Origin: Hemiscyllium ocellatum | Taxonomy: Eukaryota | Direction: 5' to 3' | NCBI RefSeq assembly: GCF_020745735.1 | Contig: NC_083410.1 | Span: 4,066,117-4,130,116, forward strand | DNA: 64,000 bases | Part shown: positions 51,051 through 62,629 of the stretch, in pieces | Numbering within the stretch: position 1 is the stretch's first letter | Layout of the letters: each line of letters starts with the position of its first letter | Notes under the pieces: model-generated | Databases searched by the model: none | Told to the model about the DNA's origin: nothing | What the model saw: only the letters and a program-made list of their open reading frames with translations | Position numbers and translations under genes: made by a program

Positions 51051-51714
51051 AGATAGTTTTCACAATCAACACAGGACATGTTGTGTAGTCAAATCTAATG
51101 ACAGGTCAGAGCAGAATTATACTGAAGCTGTTCTTTTGGAGACTTTTGCTGAATGATTCCTTTAGCAGTGTGTGAATATTGGAAGAAGCTAATTTTATAT
51201 TAGGAAGATGAACAAATATATCTATGGAGCCAATCAAGTAATCACCATTGATCACTGATTATCTATTTACTCCACATGTTTACCTGCCCTGGGGTGTTTT
51301 TGTTAATCTGTGTAAGGACTGTGTGAGGAACATGTACAAATAGCATTACATTATAAGTGGCACAACACTTATCATGGAACCCAGTAAGTGTGATACTTCA
51401 CAAAGATTAATGTCTCAAACCTAATCAATAGAAATTAAAGTACTACGATGACATTATGCAGGAAGCATTACCAATAAATTATTCAGTACCTCTGCTTGAT
51501 TAAAAAGGTAGAAGAGATAAAAGGATAGTGTTAGCAGTGGTGCACGGGAAGCCAGTATTGAACTGAATTAGCTGTATTGGCACTGTCTTCATTGTCACCA
51601 CTCTCTGGATGAAGGCATTTCTTCTCAAAGACCATTTAAGATGGACAGGTGCAGGCCCAGCCAGTGATAGCCACACCCAAGAATGAATGAAACAAAACAG
51701 ACAGAGACAGAAAA

Positions 51715-52035
51715 ATTAGATTAGATTAGATTAGATTAGACTTACAGTGTGGAAACAGGCCCTTCGGCCCAACAAGTCCACACCGACCCGCCGAAGCGCA
51801 ACCCACCCATACCCCTACATTTATCCCTTACCTAACACTACGGGCAATTTAGCATGGCCAATTCACCTGACCCGCACATCTTTGTGACTGTGGGAGGAAA
51901 CCGGAGCACCCGGAGGAAACCCACGCAGACACGGGGAGAACGTGCAAACTCCACACAGTCAGTCGCCTGAGTCGGGAATTGAACCCGGGTCTACAGGCGC
52001 TGTGAGGCAGCAGTGCTAACCACTGTGCCACCGTG
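51715..52035 (-). mobile_element. HE1-type V-SINE (young, near-complete)
   Basis: tRNA-derived head on the minus strand (gcacggtggcacagtggttagcactgctgcctcacagcgcc...gggttcaattcc, A and B boxes), V-core gtgtggagtttgcacgttctccc, and a CR1-derived tail with (ATTAG)n on the plus strand. Confidence 0.88.
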
Positions 52036-52279
52036 CTTTATGAAGGGCTTTTGCCCGAAATGTCAATTTTCCTGCTCCTCTGATGCTGCCTGACCTGCTG
52101 AGCTTTTCCAGCACCACTCTAATCTTGCCTCCGATCTCCAGCATCTGCAGTACTCATTTTCACCTAGGAACAGAAGAATGTTAAATACAACACTGAGAAC
52201 AAACAAGATGAAGAAACAGTAAGATAGAGAGAAGAGAAAGAGTTTGAGATTAAGGAACTGGTCCAAGAGGAGAAATTAT

Positions 52280-53500
52280 ATTAGAATGGTGCTGGAAAAG
52301 CAGGCAGCATCCAAGGAGAAAGAAAATTGATGTTATGGCAGGGGCCCTTCGTCAGAGATGAGGCTAGAAGCCTTGGGGATGGAGAGATAAATGCGGGAGG
52401 GGAGGTGGGGGGTGGGGGGGGATGCTGAAGAGAAAATAGTTGGGAGTGCAATAGGTGGATGGAGGAAAGGGTAAAGGTGATAGGCTGGAGAGAAAAGTGG
52501 AAGAGATAGCTGGGAAGGATGATTGACAGGTGGGACAGGTCATGAGAATGGAGCTGAGCTGGAAGTTTGGAACTGGGGTAAGGTGAGGGAAAGGGAAATG
52601 AGGAAACTGGTGAAGTCCACATTGATGCCCTGGAGTTGAGGGTTCTGAGGTGCAATTTGAGGCATACTTCCTCCAGACATCGAATGGTGAGGGACTGGCA
52701 GTGGTGGGGGCCGAGGATCTGCATGTCCTTGGCAGAGTGGGGGGAGGAGTTGAAATATTCAGTCATGGGGTGGTGGGGTTGATTGGTGCAGGAATCCCGG
52801 AGATGTTCTCTGAAGTGCACAGCGAGAAGGTGTCCAGTGTCCCCAAATGGAAAGGAGACCGCATCGGGAGCAATGGATACAATGAATTACATTGGTGGAA
52901 GTGCAGGCGAAACTTTGATGGATGTTGACGGCTGCTTTGGGACCTTAGATGGAGGTGTGGGCGGAGGTATGGGTGCAGGTTTTGCAATTCCTGCGGTGGC
53001 AGGGGAAGGTGCCAGGAAGAGAGGGTAGGTTGTTGGGTAGCTTCGATCTGACCAGGTATTTATAGAGAATGGTCTTTACGGAAGGCAGATAGCGGTAGGG
53101 AGGGAAATATATCCCTGGTGGTGGGGTCCATTTGTAGGTGGTGGAAATGTCGACAGATGAGGCAGTTTATGTGGAGTTTGGTAGGGTGGAAGGTGAAGAC
53201 TGGGGGATTCTGTTCTTGTTGCGGTTGGAGGGATGGTGTTTGAGGGTGGAGGTGCAGGACATGGATGAACTGCATTGGAGGGCATCTTCAACCATGTTCG
53301 ATGTGAAATTATGGTCTTTAAAAAAGGAGGCCACCTGGTGTATTCTGTGGTGGAACTGGTCTTCCCGGGAGCAGATAAGACAGAGGCGGAGGAATTGGGA
53401 ATACGGGATAGCATTTTTAGAGGAGGTAGGGTGGGAGGAGGTGTAATCCAAGTAACTGTGGCAGTTGGTGGGTTTGTAAAGAGTTGAGTCGATCTCCAAT
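52280..53500 (-). mobile_element. Penelope-like element fragment
   Basis: Motifs LYKPTNCHSYLDY, IPYSQFLRLCLICS, MASFFKDHNF-like and HFREHL, with a pseudo-LTR at 52280-52360. Confidence 0.85.
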
Positions 53501-53559
53501 CCTCAGTTTGCAACCACATAGTTTGGGAACCCTGCAAGATCTCCCACCCATAGCTTCCG

Positions 53560-55505
53560 ACCTCATACTTCGGGATCCCTGCACCACCTGATTCTACCTC
53601 CTTTCCTAGACACACAAGCCTGACTACCCCAGCTGACCCATCATCTCAGCCTGCTCCTGTCCTACCAATCTCATTTCCACCTACCTTGATACTGTGCTAT
53701 ACCCCCACAGTCCAGAAACTCCCCACATACGTTCAGGACACATCCCACGACCTCCAACCCCTCCAAGACTTCTGTTTCCCTGGCCCCTAATGTCTCATTT
53801 TCACCATGGATATCCAATTCGTCTACACTTCCATCCACCATGGCCATGACCTCCAAGCCTTTCGTTTCTTCCTCTCACGACGTCCCCACCAGTACCCTTC
53901 TACTGACACTCTCATTCGTTTGGCTGAACTGGTCCTCACCCGCAACAATTTCTTTTAGAATCCTCCCACTTCCTCCAGATGAAAGGGGTAGCCATAGGCA
54001 CCTTTATGGGCCCCAGCTATGCCTGCCTATTTGTTGGCTACGTAGAATAGTCCATCTTCCGTAGTTACACCGACACCACTCCCACCTCTTCCTCCGCTAC
54101 ATTGATGACTACATCGGCACCACCTCGTGCTCCCATGAGGAGGTTGAGCAGTTCATACTTTCACTAACACATTCCACCCTGACCTTAAATTCACATGGAC
54201 CATTTCAGACACATCCATCCCCTTCCTGGACCTCTCCATCTCCATCAATGATGGCCAACTCAACACCAACACTTCTTACAAACCTACTCACTCTGACAGC
54301 TACCTGTTTTAAGCCTCCTCCCACCCTATCTCCTACAAAAATGCTATCTGTATTCCCAATTCCCTGCCTCACCGTATCTACTCCTAGGAAGACCAGCTCC
54401 ACCACAGAACACACCAGGTGGCTTCCTTCTTTAAAGACCGTAATTACCTCTCCCACATAGCTGAAGATGCTCTCAAACACATCTCATCCACGTCCTGCAT
54501 CACCGCCCTCAAACACCACCCCTCCAACTGCAACACGGACAGAATCCCCTTGGTTCTCACTTTCCACCCCACCAATCTCCACATAAACCATACCATCTGC
54601 TGACATTTCTGCTAACTTCAAATGGACCCCATCACCAGGGATACATTTCCCTTCCCACCCCTATCCACTTTTCACAAAGACCGTTCCCTCTGTAACTACC
54701 TGGTCAGGTCCATGACCCCCAACAACCCAACCTCTCTTCCTGGCACCTTCCCCTGCCACCGCAGGAATTGCAAAACTTGCATTCACACCTCCCCCCCCTC
54801 ACCTCCATCCAAGGCCCCAAAGCAGCCTTCCACATCCATCAAAGTTTCACCTGCACTTCCACAAATGTCATTTATTATATCTGGTCCTCCCAATGCGTTC
54901 TCCTTTCCGTTTGGAAGAATGGACGCCTTCTCACAGAACACTTCAGGGAACAACTCTCGGTCACTTGCACCAATCAACCCCACCACCCTGTGGCTCAACA
55001 TTTCAACTCCTCCTCCCACTCTGCTGAGTATATGAAGAACCTGACCTCCCTCCACTGCCACTTCCTCACCACCCAATGCCTGGAGGAAGAACGCCTCATC
55101 TTACATCTTGGAACCCTTCAACCCCAGGGTATCAATGTGGACTGCAACAGTTTCCTCATTTCCTCTTCCCCCCCACTTTACCCCTGTTCCAGCTCAGCAC
55201 CATCCTCATGACCTGTCCCACCTGTCAATCTTATTCCCACCTATCTGCTCCACCTTCCTCTCTGACCTATCACCTTTACCCCTTCCTCCATCCACTTATT
55301 GTAATCCCAACTGCTTTCTCCCCAGCCCCACCCGCTCCCATTCATTATTCCACTCCTGAGGCTTCCAGCCTCATTCCTGACTAAGGGATCCTCCCCGAAA
55401 CATCGATTTTCCTGCTCCTCAGATGCTGTCTGACCTGCTGTGCTTTACCAGCACCACTCTAATCTTGACTCTAATCACCAGCATCCACAGTCCTCACTTT
55501 CACCA
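53560..55505 (+). mobile_element. Penelope-like element (RT + GIY-YIG + pseudo-LTR)
   Basis: ttcctccgctacattgatgac = FLRYIDD at about 54090. GVAIGTFMGPSYA-like motif at about 54000, CHRRNCKTC, and a pseudo-LTR with a hammerhead-like remnant at 55370-55500. Confidence 0.88.
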
Positions 55506-55680
55506 AGAGGTAAAACAGGTTTTTCTATTTGTGAAGAAAAAAAAGACAGTAACTGTTCTAATTTCATGTTGAGCTCTTTGCTTTCTTTTTTGCCAGAGCA
55601 ATTTAACACATTCGCCTCTCCAGTAAATCCACGAGGCAGCGGTTATTGTGTCAGATTATTGTAAGGCAAACAGGACTTAC

Positions 55681-56025
55681 TCATTACAGTCAGCTGGATT
55701 CTATTCCCACTGATATCTCTCCACACATTATAGTCATAGACCTCAGTGTTACTGGGCTGCATGTTTCTGATGGTCAGACTGAAGCTGTTGTTCAAGAGGC
55801 CCCTGGAAGCTTGGAATCACTCAAAAAATCCTGGGTTCCATTGTGTGATGGTCCTCACATCATGTGTTTAAACACAGAACAATGTAACCTGTTTTTGAAT
55901 GCGCTACCAGTGAACATCAGTGTGTGTCACTGCAGCATTCCTCATGGTGCACTGTAACCAGGCAGCATGAACCTTGGTGATCCATTCCAGGACCAGAGAC
56001 TGGAGAAGAACTGGGATATTTGTAC
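55681..56025 (-). pseudogene. Germline-joined V-J Ig-superfamily exon, pseudogene with 3 in-frame stops
   Basis: Acceptor ttttattctgaag|GT, then 114 codons: TNIPVLLQSLVLEWITKVHAAWLQCTMRNAAVTHTDVHW*RIQKQVTLFCV*THDVRTITQWNPGFFE*FQASRGLLNNSFSLTIRNMQPSNTEVYDYNVWRDISGNRIQLTVM, then phase-1 donor a|gtaagt. It is colinear with 14375-14709. YYC has decayed to YDY. Confidence 0.9.
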
Positions 56026-56499
56026 CTTCAGAATAAAAATTACCAATAAATGAATATCAGTCTTTGATTGTTCAGTCTTTCCCCCAACTACAGGGTGGCT
56101 GAGGGAAATGGGGTAAACTTGGGCAGATTGGAGGCAAATGTGAGGGTTACAAGATGTTCCCCTCCAGCTCCGGGTTGAGGGCATGGAGCCAGTGATGGTC
56201 CCATGATCAGGCCAAGGGAACTTCAGCTCAGTAAGTGAGTTAGGGTAGGTCCCACTGGAAGGTTGTGTCCCCTTGTCCAGCAATATTCCATCCCACTTCA
56301 GAGGAAATGAAGGAGGAGGTGCAGCACAGATTTGAAGGAACACCATTCTGGGTGAAGAATGAAAGACTCCAGCACAGCAATCTCTGATTCTGGGTGGAAG
56401 ATCAATTTGGTGATGGCACCAACATAAGGAGGAAAGTGAGATGTCAAGAGGAGACAGAGAGTCTGCAGAGAAAGAGAGAGACATGTGAATGGAGCAATT

Positions 56500-58275
56500 A
56501 ATGGCAAATGGAGTATAATGTTGAAAAATGCAAAACTGCCTATTTTTCAGGAAGAGTAGAAATAATTGAGTAGGTTGACCATAAGAATTGCATTAGTGGG
56601 AATAGGAGTAGGTCATTCAGTAGGATCATGGCTGAACTGACATTACTCACATGTACTTTCCTACCCTTTCCTGGCAACTGATCAAGAGTCTATCGTTCTC
56701 AGCCTTAAATCTACACAAGGACGCTGCTCCCACAGCTCTCTTTGGCAAGGAATCCACTGACTCCCAACTCTCTGAAAGAAGAAATTCTTCCTCTTCTCAG
56801 TCTTCAATTGGTACTCTTTTGTTCTGAGACTGTGCCCTCTGGTCCTAGACTCTCCCATGATGGGAAATGTTCTCTCAGCATTTACCCGATCAGGCCCTTC
56901 AGGGTCCTGTATGTTTCAATTAGATCACTTCTCATTCTTCTGAACTCCAGTGAGTAGAGTCCCAAACTGTTCAGCCTTCGCTCATAAGCCAATCCTTCCA
57001 TCCCACAGATGATCCTTGTGAACAATCCCTGAACTGCCTCCAATGAAACAATGTCCTTCTTTAAATATTGGAACAAAAACCGCTGACAGTACTACAGATG
57101 TGGCATCGCCAGCACATGTTACAGATGCAGTAAGAATTTCCTTCTTTTATAGTACAACCCCCTTGAAATAAGGGCCAACATATCATTTGTCTTCCTGATT
57201 AGTTGCTGCTCCTGTCTGCTAGCTTTTATATTACCTGCACAAATTTGCTGAAGTCCCTTTGTATTGCAGCTTTCTGCAATTTTTGGCTGTTTAAATGAGA
57301 ACCTTTTTTTTGGTTCTCCCTTCCAAAATGAACAACTTCACTTTTTCCCATATTATACTCGACCAGATTCTTTTTCCCAATTTCTTAAATTACCAATATC
57401 TCTCCATAAAATGTTTGTGTCTTTCACACAAAATGCCACTTCATGTATTTTCATAATTTAGAAATATTTCTGCAGTACATTCACTTTCTCCTAGTCATTA
57501 ATATAAATTGTAAACAGTTGAAGTCCCAGCACAGATCCCTGTGCAACCTCACTGACCATGAGTCACCAGCCTGAAAAAGAGCCCTTAATCTCCCTCACTG
57601 TTTCCTGCCCATAAGCCAATTCTGTAGCCATGCCAATATACACCTTCCAATATTATCCAAGCACAACAGATTTCCCCACTATCCACTCTTGTTGAGACTT
57701 TCTTGAAAAACTAATGAATTAGTGAAACATGAGATTTCTTTTATAAAGCCACACTGACTCTGCTTGATCAGATTATGTTTTCCAAGTGTTCTGCTGATAA
57801 TAACTGATAACAATAATTTTCCAACAATAAATGTAAGGCTAATTGCATGATGTTTACGCAGCTTTATTCTCCCTCCAAAGGAACAGAGACATGTCCTGAC
57901 TGGATTTTAGAATGAAAAGAAGGTTTGAAACCTCTCAGCCTCGTTGGGCCTTGATAAGGTGAAAACGAAGAGTCCCTGGGACCAGAGGGTGAAATCTCAG
58001 AAGGACGAATGTCCGATTTAAGATGGGATGAGGAGGAATTTCTTCTCCCTGAGAAAGTGAATCTGTGGAATTCTTTACTGCAGAGGGCTGTTGATGCTGG
58101 GTCATGAAGTATCTACAAGTTTGAGAGAGACAGATTTTTAATGATTAACAGAATTAAGAGATATGGGGAAAAGGCAGGATAGCAGAAATGGGGTTTAGCA
58201 GAACAGCCATGATCTCTTTCAATGATGGAGCAGGTTTAAGGGGCTGAATGGCCGAATTCTCCTCCTTTATCTTTT
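56500..58275. mobile_element. CR1 fragments (minus 56500-57950, plus 57960-58275)
   Basis: LEFRRMRSDLIETY on the minus strand; MRRNFFSL..VNLWNSL on the plus strand. Confidence 0.8.
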
Positions 58276-59919
58276 GGTTTTAAGGTCCAATTGAGGCATT
58301 TAACAGGGGTCTAAATGATTATTTAAACAGAAAAAATGTGCTGGATTGTTGATGGCTCTGTTTGAACATCAAAATCTCTCAGGTCAATCCTCCCAGAGAT
58401 TGGTGCCGGTCAAACTAGCTTGCTGGAATCTGCCCCAAATCCCTCATGACTGCCCCTTGGATTGATCCATGCAGCAACATTCATTCAGCAAATTCTGAGT
58501 CAGGCTGTGACCCCACACAGTCAGATCTGGCAAATAGTTCTACCTGAGTCCCATCACCAGTGAGTCAGCTTCTGTCCTCCCCAAGCATGCACCTCCCAGG
58601 ATGTGACAGTGGATAACACAAAGAAATTAAAGAGCATTCAGGAAGATTGTGATTGGGGTCACTTTGAGCAACATTGGGCAGAGATTGAAACTGAGCGCCT
58701 TTGTTGGTTTCACTCAAATCCACATCAACACTCAGTGAACCTTTAAAAAGAAATGCTTTCTTAAATATCTGTGTGGGTGTCAAATGATTGAACCAAGTTT
58801 GTGTTGGTGTTTCCCTCTGCAGGACAACGGGATGTGGGAATGGGGGAGAGCTGCCTGTTAGATGAAGCTGCAGCTCATGTTGCAGCTAGGTAGAACTTTA
58901 GTTCAGTCACATTCAGAATATTATATACTTTTCTGGTCAGCACGCTACCAGAAGGATGTGAAGGCTTTGGAGAGGGCATGTAGATGCAGGACCTCGATTT
59001 CAGATTCAGAAACATAAAGAGTATTAAAACTGATTGCGTTGGGTTCAGAGGTCTGTGCTTATATTGTTTCACTCTGTAAATAAATAACACTGAGTAAAGG
59101 TTCCCTACAGTTTAATAATGGGTTTGATGAGGTTGGAAACTGAATAGTGGGGCTTATTGGACATCTGGCTCAAGGAGTTGATATTGTCACAATGGGCCAA
59201 AGAACCTCCTTCTGTGGTGTATTATTTGATGGTTGAACATATTCTTTCTTTCTGTATAAGACAGGTTCCTGCCCCATTCTCACTTCATTTCATTATTTGT
59301 CTTCTCAGCCCCGTGGGGTGGGGAGTGTGGAGCAAGGGCTTGACCCTTAACCTGAGTATTGTAGTCATGCTGGGATTGGAGCCCCAGCTAGCTGGGGAAG
59401 GGGGAAGGGGTAAGGTGAGAGGCTGGAGTAGGAGGGTCAAGTTGGAATGGGTCATCGCAGAGAGTGCCAATGGGCACAGGGTACTCCCAAAGCAGATTTG
59501 ACACAACCCATCCTCAATTAGGAGCTGGACTCAAAGGCAAAGGGCAGGGACTCCATTTTATTTACCGTGTAACTGCCCCAACTTTAAATATTACACAGTG
59601 GCAGGGTCTTATAAAACCCACCCCTTGTGAAGGAGGCACAATTGAAATAATTAGATATTTTGAAGGACTAAAGTAAGAACAGAAATATTCCAGATGTACT
59701 CAGAGAAAAAGTGGTGAAGATGCAAATTTGAGGGGTGACAGACATTGTTTCCCCAAAGCCTGACCAAGAACACTTTTAGCTCTGTGTACAGTTGTGGGAG
59801 GAGCTTGTTCAGGGTCACTGAGTAACATTCCCTTTGACCCGGGTTTGTTAATCTGTCCTTGAGAGTGTTGATGTAGTCTGATCAAGCTTGCTACATCGTA
59901 GTTAAATAAATTACACATA

Positions 59920-62345
59920 ACGTGGAACATAGAACGCCATAGTGCAGTACAGACCCTTTGGCCCTCGATGTTGCACTGACCTATGGAACCAATCTGAAAC
60001 CCATTTAAGCTACACTATTCCATTAACATTGATATGCCTGACTAATAACAATTTAAATGCTCTTAAAGTTGGCAAGTCTACTACTGTTGCAGGCGGGGCA
60101 TTCCATGCCCCGACTACTCTCTGAGAAAAGAAACTACCTCTGACATCTGTCCTATGTCTATCACCCCTCAATTTAAAACTATGTCCCCTCATGCTAGCCA
60201 TCGCCATCAGAGAAAAAAGGCTCTCACAGTCCAAACCTATCTAACCCTCTGATCATTTTATATGTCTCAATTAAGTTGCCTCTCAACCTTTTTCTCTTTA
60301 ATGAAAACAGCCTCAAGTCCCTGAGCCTTTCTTCATAAGACCTTCCCTCCATACCAGGCAACACCCTAGTAAATCTCTTCTGAACCCTTTCCAATGCTTC
60401 CACATCCCTCCTGTAATGCGGTGACCAGAACTGTACATAATACTTCAAATGTGGCCACTCCAGAGTTTTGTACAGTGCAGCCTGACCTCATGGTTCTGAA
60501 AATCAATCCTACTACCAATAAAAGCTAATACCGTATGCCTTCTGAACAAACCTATCAACCTGGGTGGCAACTTTCAAGGCTCTGTGTACCTGGACACCGA
60601 GATCTCTCTGCTCATCTACACTCCCAAAAATCTTACCATTAGCCTTGTACTCTGTCTTCCTGTTTATCCTTTCAAAGTGAATCACCTCACACTTTTCTAC
60701 ATTAAACTCCATGTGCTACTTCTCAGTTCAGTTCTGCAGCTTATCTATGTCTCTCTGTAACCTACAACATCCTTCATCACTATCCATAACTCTACCGACC
60801 TTAGCGCCATCCGCAAATTTTACTAACTCATCCTTCTATGTCCTCATCCAGATCATTTATATAAATGACAAACAACAGTGGGCCCAAAACATATCCTTGC
60901 GGTATCTGAACTCCAGGATGAATATTTCCCAACAACCACAACTCTCTGTTTTCTTTCAGCTAGCCAAACTGCTATATCACCTTCAATCTCCTGCCCCCGC
61001 ATTTTGTGCAATAGACTACCACGGGAACCTTACCAAATGCCTCACTGAAATCCATTTATACTACATCAACTGCTTTACCCCAATCCACCTATTTGGTCAC
61101 CTTCTCAAAGAACTCAATAAGACTTGTGAGGCACAACTTAGCCTTCACAAAATCATGTTGACTAATCAACTTAGTCTTCCATTGATGATTATAAATCCTA
61201 TATCTTTCAATCCTTTCCAACACTTTACCTACAAGTGAAGTAAGGCTCACAGTTCGAGAATTTCCAGGATTGTTTCTACTTCCCTTCTTGAACAAGAGAA
61301 CAACATTTGCTATTCTCCAGTCTTCTGGCACTATTGCTGTAGACAATGATAACTTAAAGATCAAAGCCAATGTCTCGACAATCTGCTCCCTGGCTTCCCA
61401 GAGAATCCAAGGATGAATCCCATCCAGCCCAGGGGACTTATCTATCTTTAACTTCCAGAATTGCTAACATGTCCTCCTTATGCACCTCAATCCCATCTAG
61501 TCTCGTAGCCTGTATATCAGTATTTTCCTCGACAACATTTTTTTTTCCTAATGTGAATACTGACGAAAGTATTCATTTAGACTTCCCCATCTCCTCTGAC
61601 TCACGCACAACTTCCCACTACTGTACCTGATTGCCCCGAATCTTACTGTAGTCATTCTTTTATTCCTGATATGGCTATAGAAAGCCTTAGATTTTTCCTT
61701 AATCCGATCCACCAATGACTTCCCATGTCCCCTCCTGGCTGTTCTTAGCTCTCTCTTTCAGTCTTTCCTGCCAACTTGTAACTCTCAGGTGCCCTAACTG
61801 AGCCATCACATCTCATCCTAACATAAGCCTTCTTCTTCATCTACATGAGAGATTCAACTTTCTAGTAAACCACGCCACTCCCCACCATGCTCGACAACTT
61901 CCTCCCTCCCCGACAGATACAAACTTCTCAAGAACCCGCAGCAGCTGTTCCTTGAATAAGCTCCACATTTCAAATGTGCCCACCCCCTACAGTTTCCTTC
62001 CCCATCCTGAGCATCCTAAATCTGGCTGAATCGCATTGTAATTGCCTTTCCCTCAGCTATAACTTTTGCCCTATGGTTTATACCTATCCCTTTCCATCAC
62101 CAAGGTAAACATAACTAAATTGTAGTCACTATCAACAAAGTGCTCACCTACTGCTAAATCTGACGGCTGGCCGGGTTCATTACCCAGTACCAAATCTAAT
62201 GTGGCCTCAACCCTTATTTCCATGTCTACATACTGTGTCAAGAAATCCTCCTGCACACATTGGGCAAAATCTGACCAATCTAAAGTACCTGAACTATAGT
62301 GTTCCCAGTCAATATTTAGGAAAATAAAGTCCCCCATACAACTAC
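59920..62345 (-). mobile_element. CR1 LINE, about 2.4 kb 3' portion
   Basis: DWRIANVVLLFKKG, CLTSLIEFFEKVT, MEFNVEKCEV and [25 protein letters not shown]. Confidence 0.92.
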
Positions 62346-62629
62346 CCTCTCACTCTTGAGTTTTGGGACAGTTTAAAATAAGTGAATCAAAGATATTCCT
62401 TATTTCGCAAAGAGAGAGATTCATCTCCAATGTGAATGTTGATAACTTTAAAAATGTAATTGTTATTTTCTATGAAAAGCACAAACATCGGGCCAGACGT
62501 TATATGTTACAGGGCACAGGACAGTGCACACTGACTATATCACTGTCCAGTTGCAGAGGTCGTGAGGAACTATCACTCATTGCAATGTGAGCCATGTGAT
62601 CTATATCGTAAAACACTACTTTAAACATG

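Noticed and set aside
55942-56484. 180-aa minus-strand ORF, with an acceptor-like site and a DSLSPLDISL start suggesting a C1 exon
   Set aside because: No Cys/Trp spacing of a C1 domain in any frame. The ORF runs through the intron into the V exon in the wrong frame.
58400-58742. Minus-strand acceptor followed by an open frame and a TGDGTQV J-like string
   Set aside because: No Ig cysteine/tryptophan pattern and an in-frame stop. The resemblance is too short to support.
59594-59619. CACAGTG followed by ATAAAACCC, resembling an RSS
   Set aside because: The spacer is 10 nt (not 12 or 23), the nonamer is imperfect, and no V or J coding end is adjacent.
59720-59727. Octamer ATGCAAAT (ATTTGCAT on minus, the light-chain promoter orientation)
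   Set aside because: No leader exon with a donor follows on the minus strand, and it is 3.7 kb from the V exon. Another copy at about 17790 lies in LTR-like DNA. Chance occurrence is likely.
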